Shown piece after piece: positions 1 to 6,869 of a DNA stretch of 11,611 nt. The DNA is taken from NCBI GenBank assembly GCA_037442825.1, contig JBBIPN010000042.1, forward strand, positions 1 through 11,611. Direction: 5' to 3'. The stretch is from Sulfurihydrogenibium sp. (lineage in GTDB: Bacteria; Aquificota; Aquificia; Aquificales; Hydrogenothermaceae). Position 1 is the stretch's first letter; every line of letters starts with the position of its first letter. Made by a program: the position numbers and the translations under genes. The notes under the pieces are model-generated. The model was not told the origin of the DNA and searched no databases. It worked only from the letters and a program-made list of their open reading frames with translations.

Positions 1-772
1 CTCTAACAACTGTAGTACCAACTGCTATAACTGATTTACCTTTTCTCTTTGTTTCATCCAATAAATCTAAAGTATCCTTTGAAATTAAATAGTACTCTTC
101 ATGCATTTTATGTTTTGTTATATCTTCGGTTTTTACTGGATTGAAAGTCCCAAGTCCAACATGAAGTGTTATATAACTTATATTTACACCTTTATCTTTT
201 AGTTTATTTAATAAATCTTCTGTAAAATGTAGTCCTGCTGTAGGTGATGCAACTGAACCTTCTTTTTTTGCAAATACTGTTTGATAAAAATACTTATCTT
301 TTTCTTCATCTTGTCTTTCTATATAAGGTGGAAGAGGTACATGTCCATATTTCTCTAAATCTTCTTTTATACTTTTAGAGTAAATTTTTACTAAAGCTTT
401 TTCTTCTAATCTGTCTAAAAATTCCACATAAAAATCTTCAGATATAACTATTTTTTGATACTTTCTTAATCTTCTAACATTTTTTATCAAAGCTTCCCAT
501 ATATTTTTTTCTACTTCTCTTAAAAGAAAAACCTCTATATTGGCTCCTGTACCTTCCTTTTTACCTATCAACCTGGCTGGGATTACTTTTGTATCATTTA
601 AGACTAACGTATCACCTTTATCTATATATTCAACAATATCTCTAAAAATTCTATGTTCTATAGCTTTATATTTTCTGTTTAAAACCATTAATCTACAGCT
701 ATCCCTTGGTTCTACAGGATATTTTGCTATAAGATCCTTAGGTAATTTGTAATCAAAATCTGATAGCTTCAT
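1..772 (-). CDS. queA: tRNA preQ1(34) S-adenosylmethionine ribosyltransferase-isomerase QueA (3' end runs off the window)
   Basis: Not in the ORF track; translated by hand from ATG at 772 (alternative ATG at 775): MKLSDFDYKLPKDLIAKYPVEPRDSCRLMVL...LVLNDTKVIPARL...GHVPLPPYI...GSVASPTAGLHFT...LHVGLGTF...HKMHEEYY...VIAVGTTVVR, all QueA signature motifs. The start overlaps the DUF2905 stop codon. Confidence 0.97.
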   Translation of the reverse strand, partial: MKLSDFDYKLPKDLIAKYPVEPRDSCRLMVLNRKYKAIEHRIFRDIVEYIDKGDTLVLNDTKVIPARLIGKKEGTGANIEVFLLREVEKNIWEALIKNVRRLRKYQKIVISEDFYVEFLDRLEEKALVKIYSKSIKEDLEKYGHVPLPPYIERQDEEKDKYFYQTVFAKKEGSVASPTAGLHFTEDLLNKLKDKGVNISYITLHVGLGTFNPVKTEDITKHKMHEEYYLISKDTLDLLDETKRKGKSVIAVGTTVVR

Positions 773-996
773 CATTTTGAAATTTTAGAAATTAAAAACA
801 TTAATATTGAAAGCAAAATACTTAAAATAATAGACGTAGTTAAAGGAAAATAAAAAGTAAAATTATCTTTTTTTATTAGTATATCTCCTGGTAATTTTCC
901 TAAATTTAAAGGTAATTTTTCAAAAAAAAGTAAAATCACACCAAAAACTATAATTACAAAACCTATGAATATTAAAATCTTTCCTAAACTTTCCAT
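772..996 (-). CDS. DUF2905 family small membrane protein
   Basis: 74 aa with two hydrophobic helices flanking LGKLPGDI...NFTFYFPLTTSIILS, the DUF2905 pattern. The family often lies directly upstream of queA. Confidence 0.9.
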   Translation of the reverse strand: MESLGKILIFIGFVIIVFGVILLFFEKLPLNLGKLPGDILIKKDNFTFYFPLTTSIILSILLSILMFLISKISK

Positions 997-1029
997 CTAT
1001 TACTTTTTTAAGGTTTTCTTCAATATAAT

Positions 1030-1038
1030 ATAATAGCA
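1030..1038 (-). promoter_or_regulatory. Putative extended -10 sigma70 promoter for DUF2905-queA
   Basis: Minus strand reads TG-c-TATTAT, about 35 bp upstream of the ATG at 996. The AT-rich background limits certainty. Confidence 0.4.
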
Positions 1039-1054
1039 CAAAAGTATTATTTTA

Positions 1055-1063
1055 TGGTAAAAT
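1055..1063 (+). promoter_or_regulatory. Putative extended -10 sigma70 promoter for hypothetical-ychF
   Basis: TG-g-TAAAAT upstream of RBS GAGGT (1081-1085) and ATG 1090. The same 15-mer, TATGGTAAAATTTTA, recurs upstream of the 10905 operon. Confidence 0.5.
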
Positions 1064-1089
1064 TTTAATTTAACGTTTTAGAGGTCAAA

Positions 1090-1353
1090 ATGGAAAACTT
1101 AATTTTAGCTTGTAAAGAAATTTCGGAAAAAAGTAACCATACATCATTTATACATGAAGATACAAGGGAAATATGGATATCAGGATATAAAAACGATAGA
1201 AAATTTGACTTGTTTATAAAAAAACTTCTAGATGGAACATTTAAGCTCATTTATGAAATTCCTGAAGAAAGAAAAGTTACTATTTTTTTAGATGAAGATA
1301 AATTAATTAATCGCTTAAAAAAGATATTTTTAGAGGTGGTAGAAAGTAAATGA
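1090..1353 (+). CDS. Hypothetical protein (87 aa), translationally coupled to ychF
   Basis: RBS GAGGT at 1081-1085, ATGA overlap with ychF, and the K/E-rich composition of the real genes here. No family recognised. Confidence 0.8.
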   Translation: MENLILACKEISEKSNHTSFIHEDTREIWISGYKNDRKFDLFIKKLLDGTFKLIYEIPEERKVTIFLDEDKLINRLKKIFLEVVESK

Positions 1354-2462
1354 AGATGAATGTTGGTATTGTAGGATTACCTAATGTTGGAAAATCTACT
1401 ATTTTTAACGCACTTACAGAAACAGCAAAGGCTGGTGTTGCAAACTATCCTTTCTGTACCATAGATCCAAATATTGGTATAGTAAATGTTCCAGATGAAA
1501 GATTATATAAAATAGCTGAACTTGAAAAAAGTAAAAATGTAGTTCCAGCTACAATAGAGTTTGTTGATATTGCTGGTTTAGTAAGAGGTGCAAGTAAAGG
1601 TGAAGGACTTGGTAATCAATTTTTAGCAAATATAAGACAGGTGTCTGCTATTGCTCATGTGGTTAGATGTTTTGATGACAACGATATTATTCACGTTGAA
1701 GGTTCTGTAAATCCAGTAAGAGATGCTGAAATTATAGAAACAGAACTAATCTTAGCTGACTTACAATCTATAGATAAAAGGTATGAAAGATCTTTTAAAG
1801 CAGCTAAAACAGGTAGCAAAGAAGCAAAGTTTGAAGTTCAAGTTTTAGAAAAAGCAAAAGCTATTTTAGAAGATTTAAAACCACTAAGAACAAATTTAGA
1901 TAAATTTGAAGAGGAAGAGCTAAACTGGTTAATAAAAACACTTTATCCTATAACTGTTAAACCTATGATGTACGTTGCAAACATTCCAGAAAGTGATTTA
2001 CCAGATGGGGAAGGAAATATATATTTACAGCAACTTAAAGAAAAAGCTAAAGATGAAGGAGCTCCTGTTGTAGTTTTATGTGGTAAAGTTGAGCAAGAAT
2101 TAATTGAGCTTCCAAAAGAAGAAAGAGAAGAATTTTTAAATGCACTTGGATTAAAAGAACCTGGACTCAATAAAATGATAAGGACAGGTTATGGATTACT
2201 TGATTTGATAACATACTTTACAGCAGGAGAAAAAGAAGCAAGGGCTTGGACAATAAAGAGAGGAACAAAAGCACCTGCAGCAGCTGGGGAAATACATTCA
2301 GATATCGAAAGAGGTTTTATTGCAGCTGAAGTAATAAACTATGATGATTATATAAAGATAGGAAGTTTACAAAAAGCTAAAGAACTTGGAATGGTTAGAA
2401 TAGAAGGAAAAGATTATATTGTTAAAGATGGAGATATAATGTACTTTAGATTTAATGTTTAA
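1350..2462 (+). CDS. ychF: Redox-regulated ribosome-binding ATPase YchF (Obg family)
   Basis: GIVGLPNVGKST P-loop, ANYPFCTIDPN, FVDIAGLV, GEGLGNQFL and a C-terminal TGS domain ending YFRFNV. Confidence 0.98.
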   Translation: MKMNVGIVGLPNVGKSTIFNALTETAKAGVANYPFCTIDPNIGIVNVPDERLYKIAELEKSKNVVPATIEFVDIAGLVRGASKGEGLGNQFLANIRQVSAIAHVVRCFDDNDIIHVEGSVNPVRDAEIIETELILADLQSIDKRYERSFKAAKTGSKEAKFEVQVLEKAKAILEDLKPLRTNLDKFEEEELNWLIKTLYPITVKPMMYVANIPESDLPDGEGNIYLQQLKEKAKDEGAPVVVLCGKVEQELIELPKEEREEFLNALGLKEPGLNKMIRTGYGLLDLITYFTAGEKEARAWTIKRGTKAPAAAGEIHSDIERGFIAAEVINYDDYIKIGSLQKAKELGMVRIEGKDYIVKDGDIMYFRFNV

Positions 2463-3330
2463 TTGTTTTTAAAAAAGTATAAAAATTTCTATAATCTGCT
2501 GTTAATCTAATATTTTTTTGTGTTATTACTGAAAAATTTCTATTTATCTCTAAATCTTTAACTTTTATTTCTTTTATAAGATTACATTTAAATAAATCTT
2601 CTGCTACAAGCTTTGATACAAAAGCTAAAAAATTAGAATTTTCAACTATTTTAGCAATAGACCTACTACTTGAAATTTCCATTACTGGTTTTAATTTCAA
2701 CTTTAAACGTTTTTCTACAATATTTCTCGTTCCAGATCCGATTTCGCGAAATATAAAACTGTAATTTTTTAACTCTTCAACACTTTCTAAAAAGCTAGAA
2801 ATAGGATTGTTTATAGAAGATATAAGAATAATCTCATCTTTATAAAAAGGTTCAACATCTAATTTATTTGAAAAAATATCATCTTCCACAAGACCAATAT
2901 TGAAAACTTTAGATAAAACGCCTTCTTCAACTTCCTTAGAATTTCCAATAAATAGCTTTATATTAATATCTGGATATTTTTTATTAAAAGCAGATATTAT
3001 ATAAGGTAATAGATAATCTCCTATTGTAGAACTTGCAGCTACAAGGATAGTTTTTTCTTTAGATTTTAAATTTTTTAAATGTTCTTCCATATCAATGTAG
3101 TTATCTATTATTTTATTTGCATATTCGTAAAGGATCTTCCCATCTTCCGTAAGTTCTAAATTTGACTTTTTTCTGTTAAATAATGTTATACCAAGGTAGT
3201 TTTCTATTTTTTTTATCTGTAAAGTAACTGTTGGTTGAGATAAAAATAAGACATTTGCAGCTTTTGAAAAACTTTTTAAATCTGCAACTGTTTTAAAAAT
3301 CTTTAACTTATGGTAGTCAAGAACTTCCAT
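2452..3330 (-). CDS. LysR family transcriptional regulator (CysL/YeiE-like substrate-binding domain)
   Basis: N-terminal HTH SFSKAANVLFLSQPTVTLQIKKIE plus ASSTIGDYLLP and REIGSGTR motifs. 11-bp convergent overlap with ychF and 14-bp overlap with the end of dxr. Confidence 0.95.
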   Translation of the reverse strand: MEVLDYHKLKIFKTVADLKSFSKAANVLFLSQPTVTLQIKKIENYLGITLFNRKKSNLELTEDGKILYEYANKIIDNYIDMEEHLKNLKSKEKTILVAASSTIGDYLLPYIISAFNKKYPDINIKLFIGNSKEVEEGVLSKVFNIGLVEDDIFSNKLDVEPFYKDEIILISSINNPISSFLESVEELKNYSFIFREIGSGTRNIVEKRLKLKLKPVMEISSSRSIAKIVENSNFLAFVSKLVAEDLFKCNLIKEIKVKDLEINRNFSVITQKNIRLTADYRNFYTFLKTIKH

Positions 3331-4444
3331 ATTTTTTTCCTATATGTTGTGTTAAAAATTCAACTTCTTTTATTATATTAAATATATCTTCAATACTTTC
3401 CAATTTTTTATAATCAAAACAATCTAATACATTGTTGATTATTTTATGTATATCAGTAAACTTTATTTTATTTTCTAAAAACATGTTAACAGCTATTTCA
3501 TCTGCAACTGTTAAAACTATTGGATAGTATCCACCTTTTTTACCACACTCAATTGATATTTTCAAAAGTGGAAATTTATTTAAATCTGGTTCGAAAAAAG
3601 TTATACTTTTCTGGTTTCTAAAATCAAGATAGTTATTAGATATATATCTTCTTTCTGGATAAAAAAGTGCATATGATATTGGTATTTTCATATCTGGATT
3701 AGACATATTAGATATAACTGTTCCATCTAAAAACTCTACCATACCATGTATAATGCTATCTGGATGGATAATAATATCTATCTTTTCATAAGGAAAGGAA
3801 AATAGATAATGTGCTTCAATGACTTCAAAACCTTTATTAATAAGAGTAGCACTATCTATGGTTATTTTTTTCCCCATTTTCCATTTTGGATGATTTAAAG
3901 CTTCTTCAACTGTAATACTGTCAAACTTTGATATATCTCTATTTAGAAAAGGTCCACCAGATGCAGTTAGTATTATCTTTCTAACTTCTTTAATATTACT
4001 TTCACTTAAAATTTGAAATATAGCAGAATGTTCACTATCTAATGGAAATATATTTTTATACTTTTCTTTTTCTATCTCTCCAAGACAGATTATAGCTTCT
4101 TTATTTGCTGTTGCTAATTTTTTACCGAAGTTTAAGATATAATAAGTAGGGAGAATACCTTTTATACCAGATATTGCATTTATAAATAAATCTACTTCAA
4201 CTTCTAAAACATCTTTTAAATTTTCTTCTCCTATAATAAGGTTAACATTTTCAATCTCTGATCCGTTTAAATTCTCAACATAAACATAGCTTGGTTTAAA
4301 CTCTTCTATCTGCATTAAAAGTTTATCTGATATTTTAGATGCACCTAAAAGCTCAACTTTGAGATCATTTTTATATTTTCTTACTATTTCTAACGTTTGA
4401 GAACCTACAGAACCAGTAGACCCAAGAACAGCGATTTTTTTCAA
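3317..4444 (-). CDS. dxr: 1-deoxy-D-xylulose-5-phosphate reductoisomerase
   Basis: LGSTGSVG, ANKE, DSEHSAIFQ, LTASGGPF and HPKWKMGKKITIDSATLINKGFEVIEAHYLF. TTG start with AGGAG upstream. Confidence 0.98.
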   Translation of the reverse strand: MKKIAVLGSTGSVGSQTLEIVRKYKNDLKVELLGASKISDKLLMQIEEFKPSYVYVENLNGSEIENVNLIIGEENLKDVLEVEVDLFINAISGIKGILPTYYILNFGKKLATANKEAIICLGEIEKEKYKNIFPLDSEHSAIFQILSESNIKEVRKIILTASGGPFLNRDISKFDSITVEEALNHPKWKMGKKITIDSATLINKGFEVIEAHYLFSFPYEKIDIIIHPDSIIHGMVEFLDGTVISNMSNPDMKIPISYALFYPERRYISNNYLDFRNQKSITFFEPDLNKFPLLKISIECGKKGGYYPIVLTVADEIAVNMFLENKIKFTDIHKIINNVLDCFDYKKLESIEDIFNIIKEVEFLTQHIGKKYGSS

Positions 4445-4447
4445 AGA

Positions 4448-5002
4448 TTAAATCTCTCCTAAAGATTTTACAATATGACCAAAAAATTCATTATCATCTT
4501 TTACACCAACAAATTCTACTTTGTCATTTATGACAGTTTTAGGAACAGCAGAAATATTATACTTAGTTGCTAACTCTGGAAAGGAATAACATTCAAATAT
4601 AGATACATTAATAAACTTATTAACAACTGCGAAACTAACAGCTTTTTTTATAGCAGGTGGACACCATCCACAGCTTGTTGTAACAAAAACTTTTATATCA
4701 ACTTCTTTATCAATTTCTTCAACAAACTCTAAAACCCTTTCAGAGATATAATATTCATTATTTCCAACAATACTTAATGTTTCTAAGAATGCTTGAAACT
4801 CTCCACCAGAAATATTACCAAAAAATTTTATTCCAGTGTATTCATCATTTCTGTATATTAAAATTACAGGCTTTAGATCACTAAAATTTTTAAACTCTAT
4901 TTCAACATATTTTGTATTTTCTAATATTAACTTTTTAACTTTCTCAGAAATTTCATCATCACCAAAATCACATAAAAGCTTTATTTTTTCTTTAAAGTTC
5001 AT
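4448..5002 (-). CDS. Protein disulfide oxidoreductase (PDO)/AhpF-NTD-like two-unit thioredoxin-fold protein with only the C-terminal CXXC
   Basis: FVTTSCGWCP active site, ISAVPKTVIN cis-Pro loop and GIKFFG..GGEFQAFL linker typical of PDO. RBS AAGGA at 5008-5012. Confidence 0.85.
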   Translation of the reverse strand: MNFKEKIKLLCDFGDDEISEKVKKLILENTKYVEIEFKNFSDLKPVILIYRNDEYTGIKFFGNISGGEFQAFLETLSIVGNNEYYISERVLEFVEEIDKEVDIKVFVTTSCGWCPPAIKKAVSFAVVNKFINVSIFECYSFPELATKYNISAVPKTVINDKVEFVGVKDDNEFFGHIVKSLGEI

Positions 5003-5036
5003 TTTTATCCTTTTAAATTAAATATTTTGCAAAATT

Positions 5037-5045
5037 ATTATAACA
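5037..5045 (-). promoter_or_regulatory. Extended -10 sigma70 promoter for the PDO-dxr-lysR operon
   Basis: Perfect TG-t-TATAAT on the minus strand, about 35 bp upstream of the ATG at 5002. Confidence 0.6.
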
Positions 5046-5125
5046 AATTAAAACTTTTGTTATTTCAAAAGATTCTTTTTATTTTTATTTTTCTTTATTT
5101 ACCTTTATATATAAAACTATATAAA

Positions 5126-5143
5126 TAATAAGAATAATAATAG
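5126..5143 (+). repeat. DnaA-trio array / DNA unwinding element
   Basis: TAA TAA GAA TAA TAA TAG, next to tandem boxes at 5145 (degenerate) and 5156, with a TATATATA tract further left. Confidence 0.7.
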
Positions 5144-5144
5144 A

Positions 5145-5263
5145 GGTTTAGAATTTGTTTATAACTCTTTAAAGTTTAGATTTATCAAATATTTAATAAT
5201 GTTTTTTGTCTGTTTATAACCTGTGTATATCTTGTATATAACTTTATCCTTAATTGTTGATAA
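5145..5263 (-). repeat. DnaA-box array 1 (TGT..ATAA orientation)
   Basis: GGTTTAGAA 5145, TGTTTATAA 5156, TGTTTATAA 5211, TGTGTATAT 5222, TGTATATAA 5233, TGTTGATAA 5255. All starts differ by multiples of 11. Confidence 0.75.
5183..5195 (+). promoter_or_regulatory. IHF-type binding site in oriC
   Basis: TATCAA-ATAT-TTA matches WATCAANNNNTTR exactly and lies in the box-free gap between boxes 5156 and 5211. Confidence 0.55.
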
Positions 5264-5290
5264 CTTTTAGAACTTTTAATTTTCTATAAG

Positions 5291-5354
5291 TTATGAACAA
5301 TCTATTAACATTTTGTGAACAACTTATACACAACTTTTCCACAACTTTTCAACA
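5291..5354 (+). repeat. DnaA-box array 2 (six boxes, TT..ACA orientation)
   Basis: TTATGAACA 5291, CTATTAACA 5302, TTGTGAACA 5313, TTATACACA 5324, TTTTCCACA 5335, TTTTCAACA 5346, separated by 2-bp spacers. Confidence 0.85.
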
Positions 5355-5377
5355 AACATTTAAATTGAAAATTTTTT

Positions 5378-5441
5378 TGTTGATAACTTGTTGATATAGT
5401 GTTAATAAAATGTTTATAACCTGTTGATAACTTGTTGATGG
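5378..5441 (-). repeat. DnaA-box array 3 (six boxes, TGT..ATAA orientation)
   Basis: TGTTGATAA 5378, TGTTGATAT 5389, TGTTAATAA 5400, TGTTTATAA 5411, TGTTGATAA 5422, TGTTGATGG 5433, separated by 2-bp spacers. Confidence 0.85.
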
Positions 5442-5583
5442 ATTTTGAAAAATAATTATTTATGAATAGTTTATTATTATTTTTTATTTTATAATTAGTT
5501 TGCTATTGATTATTTAATCTTAAAAATTTGAAAAAATATTTTTGATTTATTTAAATTTTTTGTAGAAGTTGTGATTTAGTTAT

Positions 5584-6858
5584 CTATCTCATAAGATAAT
5601 TTATTCTATTTTTTGCATCTTCTTCCCAGCCTCTTTTTCCATCAGAAAGCTTTAATGCAGCAACAAAGTTATTATAAGCCCTTTGTTTATCATTTATTCC
5701 TTGATAACTTACACCAAGAAAATAGTATAAATCTGAATTTGAATCTATAAGTTTTTTTGCTTTTTCTAATATTGATATACTTTCTTTATATTTACCAAGC
5801 TTTGTTAATGATGCTCCCATTATTAGTTGTGGTAAGAAGTAATTTTGGTCTAAGTTGTAAGCTTTATAGGAGTCTTCATAAGATTTATTATAGTTTTTAA
5901 GTATATAGTATACATATGCTCTGTATGTGTAAGCTAAGTTGTTTTGTGGGTATAGTTTTATAGAGGTATCTAAATTTGTGATAGCTACTGAATAGTTTTT
6001 ATTTTTTATATTTTCTTTTGCATTTTCTGTATACTTATAGCTTTCTTCTGTTTTGAGTATTTTTTGTTTTATATATTGGAATCTTTCACTATCTTTTTTT
6101 AGTAGTAATAAATTTGGATATTTAGTAGCTATTAGTTGAGATACGTTTTTTATTCTTGTTTCAGGTAATGGGTGAGTTAAAAGCCATTCTGGTGGCGCTT
6201 TATCTTTTTGCATTTTTTTGAATTTTTCAAAAGTTGATATTAAACCTCTTGGATCGTAATCTGATTGGTATGTAAATCTAATACCAAGTTCATCAGCTTC
6301 ATTTTCTTGATCTCTACTAAATTTTAGTTGTAATAAACCTGCTGAAATTTTTGCAAGTTCCATAGTTAGGTTATAATAAGATGAGTTTGCCGTTGTTATA
6401 GCTAAAATATTAAGTAGTATATTCATACCATAGGTTTTTTCTAAAAATTTTGCATGATGTCTTGCGTTGATATGTCCAAGTTCGTGGGCTAATACACCAG
6501 CAAGTTCTGATTCGTTATCTAAAGTAAGTAGTAAACCTCTATGAATAAATACAGGACCACCAGGTAAAGCAAAGGCGTTAATATCTTTTGAGTTTACTAC
6601 ATAAAATTGATAATCTACTTTTCTTGGTGTAACAGATGATAATTTATAACCTATTTCTCTTAAATACTGCTGAACTTCTTCATCTGGATATAATCCTCCA
6701 TTTTCATTTATAGCTTGTGGGACTATTTTTCTTCCTATCTCTATCTCTTGTTCTACTGATAGAAGTGTTAAAGTTTGCTTCCCTGTTAATGGATCTTGAA
6801 CTGTAGCACAAGATAATGTTAATACAAATAAAAGTAAAATACTAAATAATTTTTTCAT
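5584..6858 (-). CDS. M48 family zinc metalloprotease lipoprotein with C-terminal TPRs (BepA/YfgC-like)
   Basis: INAFALPGG, HELGH (HEXXH), FSRDQENEAD, WLLTHP and TPR-like helices. Start moved from TTG 6873 to ATG 6858, which has RBS GAGGG upstream and gives a signal peptide with lipobox (MKKLFSILLLFVLTLS-C). Confidence 0.92.
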   Translation of the reverse strand: MKKLFSILLLFVLTLSCATVQDPLTGKQTLTLLSVEQEIEIGRKIVPQAINENGGLYPDEEVQQYLREIGYKLSSVTPRKVDYQFYVVNSKDINAFALPGGPVFIHRGLLLTLDNESELAGVLAHELGHINARHHAKFLEKTYGMNILLNILAITTANSSYYNLTMELAKISAGLLQLKFSRDQENEADELGIRFTYQSDYDPRGLISTFEKFKKMQKDKAPPEWLLTHPLPETRIKNVSQLIATKYPNLLLLKKDSERFQYIKQKILKTEESYKYTENAKENIKNKNYSVAITNLDTSIKLYPQNNLAYTYRAYVYYILKNYNKSYEDSYKAYNLDQNYFLPQLIMGASLTKLGKYKESISILEKAKKLIDSNSDLYYFLGVSYQGINDKQRAYNNFVAALKLSDGKRGWEEDAKNRINYLMR

Positions 6859-6869
6859 AGTTTTTACCC

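Larger units (their letters stand above)
5100..5445. other. oriC: Putative chromosomal replication origin (oriC)
   Basis: Lies in a 581-bp noncoding gap. AT-rich tract with DnaA-trios (5126-5143), exact TTWTNCACA boxes at 5324 (TTATACACA) and 5335 (TTTTCCACA), about 16 further variant boxes in 11-bp phase, and an IHF consensus at 5183. Confidence 0.85.

Noticed and set aside
540..752. 70-aa plus-strand ORF
   Set aside because: Antisense shadow of queA.
1065..1250. 61-aa minus-strand ORF
   Set aside because: Antisense to the 87-aa gene, which has the RBS and the coupling to ychF.
1943..2170. 75-aa minus-strand ORF
   Set aside because: Ser-rich antisense shadow inside ychF.
4836..5021. 61-aa plus-strand ORF
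   Set aside because: F/S-rich antisense shadow of the PDO gene.
5211..5441. Repeats read as a CRISPR array or plasmid iterons
   Set aside because: The units are 9-mers with 2-bp spacers, there are no unique spacers and no cas or rep gene, and they match DnaA boxes amid housekeeping genes.
5450..5560. Right-hand AT tract (TTATTATTATT) as the DUE, or as an intrinsic terminator
   Set aside because: The TTA repeats are short and on the wrong strand relative to the adjacent boxes. The hairpins are almost purely A/T.
5003..5583. Dam/SeqA control of the origin
   Set aside because: No GATC sites were seen in the intergenic region.
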